Source of the DNA: Octopus sinensis
Lineage: Eukaryota
Direction: 5' to 3'
DNA: 64,000 nt
NCBI RefSeq assembly: GCF_006345805.1
Contig: NC_042997.1
Coordinates: forward strand, 164,176,001-164,240,000
Shown here: positions 1 through 12,539 of the stretch, piece by piece
Layout: the number at the start of each line of letters is the position of its first letter
How positions within the stretch are numbered: the first letter of the stretch is position 1
Position numbers and translations under genes: made by a program
The notes under the pieces: model-generated
Database searches by the model: none
Told to the model about the DNA's origin: nothing
What the model saw: only the letters and a program-made list of their open reading frames with translations

Positions 1-92
1 GATCAATGCCAACTTTCTCTGTTAAGATATCTGATAAAAAGATGAAGTCCAAAAATTGAGTTCTCAGTTCAGTGGACGCACATAGTTTACAC

Positions 93-1855
93 TAGTGGTT
101 CTCAACCGGGGACTGAAGACTGATTTTGAAAATCGGAGTACTGTTAAATCATTATTTAAGAAACAGACAAAAATAAATTATGGTAGAGTGATTGCTTCCG
201 ACAAAATTGCAGAAATTATTTCAAAATCAGGTAATGCACACACAGTAGCTGAAAAGATTCTTGTGTCTGCAGTAGAAGCAGTAATATCAGAAGTTATGAC
301 TCAAAATCCTTCATTTATCGTTAAAGTTCTACCTTTGAGTAATGATTCTATCCATGGGAGAATTGGTGAAATGTCAGGTCATATCAAAGACGTGCCAATT
401 CAAAGATTGAAAAAGAACAAATTTTTCTGTTCAAATTGACGAAAGTACAGTTATTGACAATAAGGCCCTTTTAATGGGATATGTATGATACTTTGATAGA
501 AATTGTGTATTACAAGATTTATTATTTGTAAAACTGTTGGAGACTGACGTAATGGATGCTTCTATATTTTCTGCAGTGAAAATGATTTTTGAAGAAAAAG
601 AAATTCCATATTATGAAAATTTAGTTTCATGTGCTACTGATGGTGCAACGTCTATGGTTGGGAGACACAAAGGATTTATTTCTCATTTAAAAATGTTGTG
701 CCCCGAAATTCTAGTTATACACTGTGTGCAACAGAGGCATAAACACATGGCCAAAAATATAAGCCCTATTCTGAATCAGTCATTGAACACTGTTACAAAA
801 GCAATAAGCAAAATTAAATCTAACAGTATATGTGACCGTCTTTTTTGAAAATTTTGTGTCAATGCTGACGAACAATATATAAGACTTCTTTTGCATACTG
901 ATATCTGTTGGCTATCCAAAGGCAACTGCTTGGAAAGATTAGTAAACTTATTTAATATAATGGTTGTGTTCTTACAAACAGAAGGACACTCAGACTTAGC
1001 TGCCAAAATTCAAGCTCAAAAAAAGAACATACACTATCTTAATTGGATTTTCCGTTAGCTGAATAAGGTCTCTCTTCTGCTGCAGGGAAAAATGATAACA
1101 CTGATAGACTGTAAACAGGTGATGAGAGCTTTTGTTGAAAAACTCAATCTTTTTCATGTTAATTTAAAACTAAGGCAGTTTCATAATATGCCCAAACTAG
1201 AGGAAATCAACTTATGTGAAAATGACATTGTATTTATTGTGACCATCTGTCTGCCTTGAAAATGATTTAGAAACCAGATTTTCCGATTTATTTAGCTTCA
1301 CTATTCAGCCATGGATGATTGACCCATTTAATTGTGATCCTTACAGTGCACCTGAAAATATTCAGGAGGAAGTCATCGAGATGAAATGTAATGATGAATT
1401 TCAAATTAAGTTCAAAAAAGAAAGATTGTCTAAATTTTGGCAATCAGACTCTGTAAAATCACTATATCCAAATTTGTGGTCACAAATGTGGAAAATCCTT
1501 TTGTTTCCTGGCATCATATCTCATCGAAACTGGATTTAGTACTGTCAATCATTTTGCAGAAGGAAAGAAACAGATTTGACATTAATTCACATGGAGGTAT
1601 TCATATCTGTTTGAGTGGCATTAAGCCTGACATTGAATTTTTAGCAGAACATCACAAATCTCGGGGCTCACACTACTTAGTCTTTTTCTACATTTAAATT
1701 CAGAATAAAGTTTTATTTTAATTTATTTTTCTTTAGCATTTTTTTAGTGTTGATTAGTTGTAATTACATTATATTTAATATTTGTTATCATTTTTTAGTG
1801 GGCGATTATCAATTAGCTTACATCAAAAATGGCTGGAAAAGGTTGAGAACCACTG
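93..1855 (+). mobile_element. hAT (Charlie/Buster-type) DNA transposon, 5'-internally deleted, degenerate transposase
   Basis: TIRs TAGTGGTTCTCAACC (93-107) and GGTTGAGAACCACTG (1841-1855). 8-bp TSD GTTTACAC/GTTTGCAC (7/8). Transposase motifs LPLSNDSI, FSVQIDEST, CATDGATSMVG, IHCVQQRH, LLLHTDICWLSKGNCL. Confidence 0.92.
110..1680 (+). pseudogene. hAT transposase pseudogene (ZBED5/SCAND3/GTF2IRD2-like)
   Basis: ORF fragments 95-439, 537-848, 1315-1539 and 1437-1697 are separated by frameshifts and stops and follow the hAT DDE-domain motif order. Confidence 0.88.
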
Positions 1856-2621
1856 GTTTGCACAATGGAAAAGCCAGTAGCTATTGCCAGTCAAACATCA
1901 GACTTAAAAAGCAAACACCATTTAACAGTTTGATAAGTGATTGAGTGAAGTACCTTTTGGAATTAAAAAAAAATATGGTATTTTGTTTGCTTCAAATGTT
2001 ACAGGAATTGAAAAACACTCCTCCAATGACAAAGCAGTCATTAAATTGAGATGATTAGTAAGTGTTTTCTGATCATCCAATTCATTAAACCTCAGTTTGT
2101 TGTCAAGTCATTTCCAAACACTTGCAATGATAAGATTGACGGCACTCATGACAGTCAACTATCATTGTAAGCTGATTAACTTTGAGTCGTACTCTGATGG
2201 ATGACATTACTTTGTATTATTGGTTGTAAGGCATATTTGGATTGATTATATTTCTTTCTTGGAGCCATGAGCTTTCTTACTGTTTCCCATTAGTCTTCAC
2301 AAGTTTCAAACCAATGCAAGATGAAAATGATGATTCTGTTAAAGGGATGCAAACATCAATTGTTTCAAAAGCAATCGGTTGAAAAATATAGTTAGAAAAT
2401 AACATTGAATATTCATAAATCTTTATATGCTCTATTGATAAATTGCCAGATACCAAAAGAACAGCACAATCAAGGATATAACTTACAACAAAAGAATTCT
2501 CTCTTTATAGCACCATTGCAATTACTCTCACATGCACTTATATAATGTGGGGTAGCCATGTTTCTCCTCAACAGTATGAAAATCCTTCCTGTCCTTCAAT
2601 CATTCTTTTCCCTCTCAATAT

Positions 2622-4152
2622 GGTTAATATATAGTTTAACTCCTGGTTACCAAAACCAAAAAAAAAAAAAGCAGTCTAATAGGTGTTAAAAAAATGTATT
2701 AAAAACGAATGTGAAAACAAAAGTTTGCGCAAACTTGGGGTAGGGAGAGGACTTTCGGAAAATTCACAAGATCCAATTTTTCCCTCATAACTTTCAGGAA
2801 AATGGATATATATTGATGAAATTTTATAGAAATACCATTCAAATGGCATAGTTTATGATTATAAAGAAATTTGTGGGGAAAATGTTTTCCAAAGGGGTGG
2901 GGAGAGGTTTTCGGAAAATTCACAAGATTCAATTTTTTTCTCCTAAATTTCAGGATCTAGTTTAGCATCTAATCACCAAAACATAAAAAAAAAAAACCAG
3001 TCTACTCGGTGTAAAAAAATGTGTAGAAAACGAATATGAAAACAAAAATTTGTGCAAGAAACAATTCAAGAGAGGAAGGTATAATTTGGCTGCCTCTATG
3101 AAGAACTTGTGCAACAGACTTCCTTCATGTTGAGAACTTATAAATAAATATCTTGCAAGATTTTGATCGAATTCCTGGCTTTTGGATCGATTCTTCTGTC
3201 TTTCCAAAGAGGTTCAATGTTTTGTGTGTGTATGTTTCTGTGTACTATCTTCAAAATTGTCAGAGTGTGACATTTTCCTATCATTGTTTCAATGTCGGCA
3301 TATCACTGTTTGGTAATACTCCGTGCGAATGAAGGAACTCAGCTGACTTTTGATCATTACAATGAAAAGTGCTGATGCATTCGTAGTAATCAAAATTAGA
3401 ATTTTCACAAATATTGAAATTCTCCATTCTCGAGCACTAGTTTGCAAATGTGACAATATCAAAATTGAAATGAAGAGTAGATTTCAAGTAAAGCTCTCCA
3501 TGGCCTTTCGAACAGCATAGATTACAATGATAAAGGAAAAAACAGACCGTGTGAATTTTCCCACAGTTCTCTCCCCACCTCTTCAAAAAATATTTTCCCC
3601 ACAAATTTCTTTATCATCATAATCTATGCTGTTTGAAACGTGTTTCTGTAAAATTTCAATAAAAGATATATATTTTCCTGGAAATTATGAAGGAAAAAAT
3701 CAGATCGTGTGAATTTTCCGAAAGTCCTCTCCCCACTTATTTTTCATTTTCATTTTCTACACATTTTTTTTACACCTGGTAGACTGGGTTGTTTTCATTT
3801 TGGTGGCCGGGTGCTAAACTAAATCCTGAAAGTTATGAGGGAAGAAAATGGTCCATAGAATTTTCAAAAATCCTCTGACAACCCCTTTAAAAAACTTTTT
3901 CCCCACAAATTTCTTTATAATCGTTATCTATGCCATTTGAATAGTATTTTTATAAAATTTCATTAATATATATCCATTTTCCTGAAAGTTATGAGGGCAA
4001 AATCGGATCTTGCGATTTTTCCAAAAGTCCTCTCACCACCCCACCGTTCGTTTGTGCAAACTTTTGTTTCATATTCGTTTTCTATGCATTTTTTTTTCAC
4101 CTATTAGACTGTGTTTTCTTTTTGGTGACCGGGAATTAAACTATATATTAAC
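2622..4152 (-). mobile_element. Merlin (IS1595-like) DNA transposon, internally deleted, with long compound TIRs
   Basis: Ends GGTTAATATATAGTTTAA... and ...TTAAACTATATATTAACC. Inverted arms of ~440 bp are built of subrepeats. Possible degenerate 8-bp TSD CTCAATAT/TTCAATAA. Minus strand reads ..AEFLHSHGVLP.., HSDNFED, IHTQNIEPLWKD and LARYLF..LLHKFFIEAAKLY. Confidence 0.8.
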
Positions 4153-4189
4153 CTTCAATAAAGTATAAAACCTTAATGAAGTGAGCACA

Positions 4190-4375
4190 CAGGACAGAAA
4201 TGGTTAGTGACATTTCAGCCAGCTTTTCATTCTGAGTTTAAATGCCACCAAGGTTGACTTTGCCTTCCATCCTTTTGAGGTCAATAAAAGAAGTAGCAGT
4301 TGAGTACTATGGTCGACTTAATTGACTTACTCCCTCCCCTGAACTTGCTGGCCTTGTGCCAAAATTTGAAACCAA
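4190..4375 (+). mobile_element. Degenerate tRNA-derived SINE (family B, Nin-like central domain)
   Basis: AAGGTTGACTTTGCCTTCCATCCTTTTGAGGTCAATAAAA matches the core of the full copy at 63736-63966. Confidence 0.75.
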
Positions 4376-4429
4376 TATTTATAGTATAAAACCTCTTCCT
4401 TTCTACTATCCTCCCACTCATTCAGTCAA

Positions 4430-4650
4430 GGTTACTTATGAAGTCTTGCAAGTCAGATGATGACCTCACTAGTGCTGGTGCCAGGGGAAAGAACAACTAG
4501 TACACTCTGCAAAGTGGTTGGCATTAGGAAGGGCATTCAGCAGTAGAAACTGTGTCAAAGCAGATACTGAAACTTAACTGGCTCAGATCCTGTCAAATTG
4601 TTCAATTCATGCCAACATGGACGTGTAATGTTAAACGATGATGATGATGA
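4430..4650 (+). mobile_element. Old RTE-LINE 3' end fragment with (GAT)n tail
   Basis: GTGGTTGGCATTAGGAAGGGCATTCAGCAGTAGAAAC...CAACATGG...TAAACGATGATGATG is homologous to 39120-39288. Confidence 0.7.
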
Positions 4651-4885
4651 AAACATTTTGTGTACACATAATATACTTATGTCCCACGCAGTTCGAGCAA
4701 ATTTTTAATTAATCTGTATCAGTATGACAATCGTTTAACTTATTATCCCTTATGATGTTTTACAATTCCCTTTGATATTCTTCAATCACCCAAACTTAAC
4801 TAAATTCATGCATTCTAACAATGATGTTCATACACTGAATATCTCAATGAGAACAATAGCCACAAAACTAAATAGGGCCACTCAC

Positions 4886-4951
4886 ATGTTTATATAGTTG
4901 ATAATGAAAACAAAATCACGTCTATTCACCTCTTCTTTCGAAACTCTCTAT
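4886..4951 (-). other. Candidate non-coding exon, minus strand
   Basis: tttacag| acceptor and |GTGAGT donor on the minus strand. All three frames contain stops. Confidence 0.35.
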
Positions 4952-5129
4952 CTGTAAATTTTATTTAGAGTGAAGATGTATTCATTGCAAAATGTCTGCA
5001 TAATTAAAAATACAATAAAATTACATAGAATATGAAGTTCGGGTTTATTGTAGAATACATTGACAAAATTAATGAAAACAATCATTGTTTTTAACATGGT
5101 CTGAAATTTTGGAGGAAAAGAGTAATCGA

Positions 5130-5375
5130 ATATAATCGACGTTGGCGAGATGAAAGGTAAAAATTGACCTCGGCAGGATTTGAACCCAAAGCATTTTATT
5201 CGACGCTCTAACGATCCAGTCAATCTACCGCCCATAATAATTTCTAACTTAGGCACCAGAAATTTGAAAATTGGTTTCAGTCGATCAAATCGACTACAGT
5301 TGTTGACCGGTACTTTATTTTTCGACCCCGGAAGGATAAAAGGCAAAGCTGATCTCAACAAATTTGAATTCACAC
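5130..5375 (-). mobile_element. SINE family B remnants, minus strand
   Basis: GTACTTTATTTTTCGACCCCGGAAGGATAAAAGGCAAAGCTGA is the reverse complement of the family B core. Confidence 0.65.
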
Positions 5376-5667
5376 GCGTATTTAATAACGAAAACATAAG
5401 TATATTACTCTTTCACTTTGTATAATGAAAGTAATGTGCGTAGTGATATTTTTTTAATTTTCAGTTCAAATGACGGCGCGGTACATAATTTTATTTTATT
5501 TGTATTTGTAACATTTTCATCCTTAAAAATTTAAGCAACAACAGTTAAAAATTATAAAGAAAAAACGTAATGCAAATGTTTTTTATTCGTGGATACACAT
5601 TACTTTCGTTATTTTCACAGTCTGCAATACAACCGATAATTCGATAATTTTAAATTACAAGAATTAC

Positions 5668-5956
5668 TTGACATTAGTTGTTTGTAAACACGAAGTACTG
5701 ACTACTGTCATTTTAACTCAGCATGAAAACGGAAATTCCCAGAATCGGTTAATTCATATCAAATGAAATGTTCAATTTTATGCTACGTTTCGTCAGTTAT
5801 TTCACTCTAAATAAGAAAAAAAATATTCAGCGATTTACCGAAATAGATAGTATTTGCATATGCAATTAACCGATCAATTTTACTCTCAGTGGTTGAAGAA
5901 TTATACAATTAACCGAATTATGCAATTATGCGACATATAGTTAAGCGGAAACATTT
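5668..5956. promoter_or_regulatory. Candidate bidirectional promoter / first exons
   Basis: Locally CpG-richer unique DNA. Divergent donors: minus |GTAATT at 5667 and plus |GTAAGT at 5957. Inr-like TCAGT, kB-like GGAAATTCCC (5731-5740), octamer ATTTGCAT (5852-5859), and AATTAACCGA x3. Confidence 0.4.
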
Positions 5957-5994
5957 GTAAGTAAAACCCCATCCTAATCCCTTATTGATTGTCG

Positions 5995-6180
5995 TAGTCG
6001 AGCTGACTTACGATCAAAAGCGTCCCAATCGTGACCACCTATTTTTACTTTTCAGAAATGATATATGTAGGACTACTATTATCTAATGTGTCCTGTGTCG
6101 TTTAAAAAAGTAGAAGGTGATTTGAGGGAGAGTTTCTGCTATTTCTAGCAGGTTCAGTGACCACTGAAAAACCTCCTACC
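5995..6180 (-). mobile_element. Old interspersed SINE-like repeat (family C)
   Basis: GATCAAAAG..CCAATCGTGACC...GTGATTTGAGGGAGA..GCTATTTCTAGCAGG. Related pieces occur near 27220-27330, 29590-29880, 45380 and 62840-62900. Confidence 0.5.
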
Positions 6181-7491
6181 TAGGCTTGAATTATTGACAG
6201 TTCTTAAACATGTAGATACAATAGCGAAGCGAAACAGGAGTCATATTTCAGCACTGACTCTCGCCTATTTTCCCGGATGAATGCGCTCTTATTTTGTTTG
6301 CCCTAATCAAACTATGAATAGCTTCAAAAGTGCTTCCTTATGGGAGGGGATAGCGGTTCTCAAATAATTTCAGTGTATTAAGAGAGAAAAATATGAACAT
6401 AAACTCGTAAACTAAATTTCTGGAAATGGAAAATGAATAAAATCTTAAACGATAACATATGTGTTGCTTCATATCTTAAATAAAAAGATTTTAATCAATA
6501 ACATCTTTCAACAATCTGGTAGTAGTCAGAGGATTTATGTTAACATGGAGAGTTGCCTGTAAGGAGCCAGTCTAACATTCATTAACCGAGAAAAGAAAAC
6601 AGCAAGCGTTCGGCTTTTGGTGTCGTAAGAAATCAAAATTCAATAAGCTCCTCACTTAATCCTGATTATGTTTATTAGAATAATATACTGGTGCAAACCA
6701 GCTTAGTTAAATGAAGAACTATCTTGTCAGAACTGATGTATAGAGATTCAATCATTGGTAGAGGTGGGGAAGGTGGTTTATGCGATATCTCTCTTGATAA
6801 TAACTTTTGATAACTTAGAAGAAAATAAAATAAACAGGAAATAAACCGCGCTGTCAATATCTATTGTTAAATAAGATCGACAACTTATTCGAGGTATGGT
6901 TGTGGGTGAGAAACGAAAGTGAAATAAATACATTAAGTAAACCAAACGGAATGTTTGATATGTTATTTGAAAGCCTGTGAGGTCGATATCTGCATTGATA
7001 ACGAGAATATCTGCTGTTTGCCGATTTACCCAACAGAAACAGTTTTAGAAAACTCACAACAGAACAATTATTGATCGTTAGAGACAGACCGATATGATTT
7101 TTACTAATAATTTGCTGTTTCTGATGACGGGGACCAGAAGAAATAACGATTTCTAAAATTGGCAGAAGGCCCATCATAAAAATATAACAACCACAACAAT
7201 TATAATAAACCGTTAACTTATTTTAAATATCTACCCACACTGAATAAATAAAGAGTAAAATACAATATCATAACACTTTAGGGAGGATTAACTTCATATT
7301 AATGTTTCATCGAGCCGATATATCGATCGGAGATACGCTTTAGTGAATGATAATAACGAAATTACACACACACACCCTCACAATCTCTTTGATGTGTTTT
7401 GGACACACATGTGCACATATACAATTTAACACACAGATACACGAGACACTTTTAATTATTTTTTTCTTCTTTTCTTTGTTCTTATTGATAG

Positions 7492-7671
7492 CTTTGAACT
7501 AATCGAATAACTACATGTCCAGACACGTCATCATGCATACACTGTCATCGGAAGATCGAGATCATGAATCTGTTTTGAGATCTAGGAAGAATTTCTGCTC
7601 TGAAACACAGCAAGAATATTCTTTCATTTAGAATTCAGGCATTATACATTTCATTATACATTGAAATAACT
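7492..7671 (+). other. Candidate exon (5'UTR or lncRNA) containing a 38-aa uORF at 7515-7631
   Basis: Long polypyrimidine tract plus TAG| acceptor and |GTAAGA donor. ORF MSRHVIMHTLSSEDRDHESVLRSRKNFCSETQQEYSFI*. Confidence 0.4.
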
Positions 7672-8154
7672 GTAAGATAAACGTCTGTAATACAAAACAA
7701 CACTATATAGGAATTGTCTCGCTATAAGATTATATCCAACAAGTTGGTTCCTGTTCTTTGAAAAATAAAACTTCCTGTATTTTAAATTGGTATTTCGTTT
7801 TTATTAACCAAGGGGGATTTTGAAATGAGTTATTTAATGAATCATAAACTTACTATAATGGTCTGAAATTAACTTTATAAAACAATTATAATTGTTATTG
7901 TTAAACATAATGTAATGTAATAAATGAAAACATAATTACTTCTCTTATTATCATCGTTATTTAATCATTTACTTGCTAGAAGTTATAATGTTTCTATAAG
8001 AAGCGTAAATAACTCACTGGTTTTGTTTCTTCTGCAGACTGGAAAGTTGAAAATGTTGCAGGAACGAATCTTGGAGATATACAACAAAAACACATTTGAT
8101 TGACCAAACTTTCATCCGTTTTATCCCAATTGTACATTTTTTTTTTCTTCTTAG

Positions 8155-8403
8155 GTTGATAGAAATTTTTGTAGAATTTGAGATAACATTGACTGAAATA
8201 TTCTTCGATAAATGTTAAGCGAGAAACTAAATGAGAAAAGCGAAGAAAAAGTCAAGTAAACATATCTTTCTTCACAGCTCCAAAGTAAAAATAAATGGAA
8301 TATAAATGTCAGCAAGGAATCTCCGCCATATCATAGTTGTGTCGAGAACTTTCTAAGTTTCAAAAAGTTTGGAAGCTATCACGAAATTCCTTGCTTTAAG
8401 AAG
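8155..8403 (+). other. Candidate exon with ATG (8212) frame interrupted by TAA at 8257-8259
   Basis: Strong acceptor tttttttcttcttag| (alternative ctgcag| at 8037) and donor AAG|GTTTGG in phase 0. Confidence 0.4.
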
Positions 8404-8800
8404 GTTTGGTAATTGAATATAATTACTTTGGTAAAAATGACATTAGTACCCATTTCTTTATTTATTACTATTTATGTGTGTAGAATCTGTGCAATATTAT
8501 GTTTAAAAATAATATTGTAATTAAAAAGCAAGTTATAAAAAGTACAAGTGTAACAAACAGGGAAGACAACACGTACTTCAAGAACCTGTAGAATCGAGTT
8601 ACTTCCCTTCGGGAACCCAAATTTAAGGCACCATGAAGGGCATAAAAACTGAGTTTGGGGCCATTCCATTTTCTGACATGATTAAGGTTTTCAGTATTTT
8701 TTCTGTGTTAACGAAACTCTCATTATTCGTGAATCCCTCTAATCCGTATCAAACCCGGATTTATTTCTTTATAGTTTCATATAAAAAATGCTCTAAAGTA

Positions 8801-9008
8801 CAGTAATCCCTCGATTATCGCGAGTGTTATGTTCCAAAACCCCCGCGATAGATGAAAATCCGCGAAGTAGAAACAGTATTGTACTGTATATTTTTTCTTA
8901 TTATTTTTATAATTTGTATATATTTATTTTATCATAAATGCAAAACAACACCACAGAGGAATGAACGTAAGCTTAAATAATAAACCGCGATATGGCTAGG
9001 GGTTACTG
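8801..9008. mobile_element. Tc1/mariner (Tigger/pogo-like) MITE
   Basis: TA-CAGTAATCCCTCG ... TAGGGGTTACTG-TA: TIRs with TA TSD. Confidence 0.8.
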
Positions 9009-9319
9009 TATTGTGATACATCATCATCATTTAACGTCTACTTTTCCATGCTTGCATGGGTCAGACAGAACTTGTTGAAACAAATGTTTGACAGCCAGGT
9101 GCCCTTCTTGTCACTGGCCCTCATCTATTTCCAAGTTAGGTGATATTTTCCCATGGCCAGACATGCTTTCCATAGAAGACTGGAAACGAATATCACATAT
9201 ATGATGATGATGATGATGATTGCTTAAAACCATCAAATGATGTCTAGACGAGGGCACACACATACACACTCACGCGCGCACACCCACCCACATACACATA
9301 CATATATAAAAAAATACGA

Positions 9320-9450
9320 TATACCAAATCTACTCACAAAACTTTGGTCGGCTTGGGGCTATAGTGGAAGATATTTGCCCATGGTGTAGCATCATAGGAG
9401 TGAACTCAAGGCCACATGATTGGAAAGCAAGCTTTTTCGCCACACAACCA
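9320..9450 (-). mobile_element. SINE family A (CORE-type) partial copy
   Basis: CCAAATCTACTCACAAAACTTTGGTCGGC...ATAGTGGAAGATATTTGCCCATGGTG is the reverse complement of the 5' half of 60339-60731. Confidence 0.7.
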
Positions 9451-9494
9451 CACACACACACACACACCACATCACATACACACACACACCACAT

Positions 9495-9533
<39 letters not shown>

Positions 9534-10409
9534 GGAGAAATAGGACTTAATATGCAGAACAGAGCATATATATTTATTATTTAGTTGTAAAACCCGCCTA
9601 AGTTACTCTAAAGGTCTAGAGTTTCATACATACCTTCATACATGATTTATTTCGCTTTACATCAGGATAATTAAAACAATGTATATACTTTATTATGAGT
9701 TTTAAGTTGTTTTTCTCTTGTGTATAGAAAGTGAGAAAACCACTCTCTTGATGCTAAACTCACAAAAGAGATGAAGAAGGAATATGACAAATGGCAACAT
9801 ACTGGAGCAATTTTGGTTACTTTTTCTGATGTTGTAGTGCACCTGAGCATTGTATACAATAAATTCATAAATATTTTTTTTTTTTATCCTGTGCAAGCAT
9901 GATAGAAATACTAAATACTAAAAATGGATAGTGTCTGCATTCATTCTCTGATCCAACCTTCTCTATAATACACTTCAATTTCTTTTTACTGTTCTCATTC
10001 TATCCATCTGCTGTCCCTAAAAGCTCTATCTCTTGCTGACTCACCATCTCATCTCTTTCTTGCTCAACTCCAGAACATTCCACCTCTCTTCCACTTCATC
10101 TTTATCTCTGTCTCATGCAATCTTCCAACAATTACTCTTAAAGCACTGGCCATATCCCATCATCCTTACCACTCTGCCCCTCTCTCTTTCTCACCAACTC
10201 TTGAAACTGCTCTGTCCTTTCTCCTTTTATGTACTCCTTCCATTACTCCCTCCCCTCAACACTGTCTCACCTGTTTCTCTTCCCATTGCCACCTCTCTTA
10301 GCAATAAATCTGTCTTCCTGTTCATATTGTAATTTTTCTTGATGCCTCATCTGAAGCCATTATTGTCTGTCTGTCTACCTCACTCTCTCTCTCTCTACTA
10401 TTCTCCTTT

Positions 10410-10540
10410 CCTGGCATGGGATTACTTTGGTCTTGTGAGCTACAAGACCATGTCACTAGTGCTGGTGCTACAAAAATATGTACACAGCACAATCTATAAA
10501 GCGGTAGTCAAACTGAATGGAGACAAAGCAGTGTCAAGAG

Positions 10541-10608
<68 letters not shown>

Positions 10609-11010
10609 CTCTCTCTCGCCAGGTAACTTTGTTTTTCCTCTACAGCAAGACAGCTGTTTCTGTCTCACTATAACCTTTCATCATCCAGCTCAAGATCACC
10701 TCCTCCAATGCCCCCCTCCCCACTTAAAGGGTTTTTTTGTCTTGCAAGTACTTAATGACTCTGTCAGTGCAGGTGCCACTTAAAAGTACCCAGTCCACAC
10801 TGTAAAGTGGTTGGTGTTCAGAAGGGCATCCTGCTGTAAAAATCTTGCCAAAACTGACCTTGCCTGTGTTTGGTAAAAAGCACCAAGTCCACTCTGCTGA
10901 GTGGTTGGTGTTTGGAAGGGCATCCAGCTTTAAAAATCCTGCCAAAACAGTCACAGAAGTCTGGTGCAGTCTTTTGCCTGGCTGGCTCTTGTGAAACCAT
11001 CCTACCCATA
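10410..11010 (+). mobile_element. Degenerate RTE 3'UTR fragments around a (CT)n microsatellite
   Basis: GTGGTTGGTGTT..GAAGGGCATCC..TAAAAATC.TGCCAAAAC occurs twice (about 10805 and 10900). (CT)n at 10543-10617. Confidence 0.55.
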
Positions 11011-11052
11011 CTATATGTATACACACAGGTATATATATATGTATATATATAT

Positions 11053-11095
<43 letters not shown>

Positions 11096-11217
11096 GCAGG
11101 TATGTATATATGTATGTATAATAACAAATGAATTGCAGTTCACTACAGCTCTTTCAGACATGCTTTTTTATTGATGAATAGAAGTGTTGCATCATGCAAA
11201 AAATGCATTTTCAACAG

Positions 11218-11314
11218 GTGAATACTTGTAAGAATTCAGAATTAGAACTTCTCAGCAACAAGTACACTGTACCAGATGACTCAGCCAACCCAAATTTGGT
11301 CAGAGATGACTCAT
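11218..11314 (+). other. Candidate coding exon (open frame VNTCKNSELELLSNKYTVPDDSANPNLVRDDS)
   Basis: ttttcaacag| acceptor and |GTAAGA donor. Phase-0 start is compatible with the exon ending at 8403. Confidence 0.4.
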
Positions 11315-12539
11315 GTAAGATTTAGTAAGGCACTTGTGAATGTATACAAAACAGGAGAACAAATCTGTGTTTGCTTTAGTGAGTACATTTTTGTTCTTAT
11401 ATATTGTACACGTTAGTGCTATCACCGACTCTATCCTGGTGCTTTCACTATTTAAATAACCGATTCTCTTAAATCCTAGAATTTAAAAAATTTATTTATG
11501 TATGTATGTTTCTCCCTCTTAGGCAAGGGGACTCTTTACTCTTGGGAATTACAAGACAACTAACTACACAAGTGCTGGTGCATATGGAAAATAAAAAAGG
11601 CACCCTGTACACTCTGTGAAGTGATTGGTGTTGGGAAGGGCAGCTAACCATAGAAACCATGCCAAAATTGAGACACTGAAGCAAGATGTGATCCTCTGAG
11701 GCCCATTTGATCCATATTAACATGGAAAGGGAACATAAAAATGATTATAACGTTACTGACAATGATGACAGCAACACTGGTGGTGACAATGACAATGATG
11801 ACAAAAGTGATGATGATGATGATGATGCATGAAAATATGTATACATACTCATACACATTATAAAAACCACATAGGTCAATGTTTAATCTCTTAAATTGTG
11901 TATGATTAAAGTTACTGGTTGATAATTGATTGTGGTGAATGGTTGACATATGGGTCTAGAAAATGTGGTTCTGAAGGAGAATGAAAGCAGAAAAATTTAG
12001 AATGATACAATAGGAGTGGGGTAAAATCGAGAATCCAAGGAGACTGGTAATGGTCTGCAGCAGCAACAACTAAACTATAGTTCAATTGCTGCGAAAAGGG
12101 AAGAATGTAACGTTTTGGGTCCCTTCTCTTCATGTGAGTATAGAAGAGAATGAGAGAGTGGGGGTACTGTTGCTTTGGTGGTAAAGCTAGTAAAAAAAGA
12201 AGTAATTTTGATAAGCTTCCCTGTGGGCTTGTTATAGACTTTATGGTTTACAGAGGTATTAAGTTTACTACATATATGTTTTTAGAGAATAATAAATAAG
12301 AAAAATTATTGGTGTACTTAATGTGTTTATTAATGTTATATTTCAATAAGAATTATCTTAGCTGTCATTAGGATTAAGTTTTTTAATATACGAAGATAAT
12401 ATATTTGAAACAGTCCTACAAGTTACAATAAAATATTTACACAATATTTATTGTTAAATGGTTTGTTTTATTATGATTAAAATTTATTCCTCTGGGACAG
12501 AAACCTATAGTCACAGTTAGTTGGTTTGAAATTCTTTTT

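Noticed and set aside
6675-7177. Minus-strand ORFs of 107 and 60 aa near the putative promoter
   Set aside because: No recognisable domain and no supporting splice structure.
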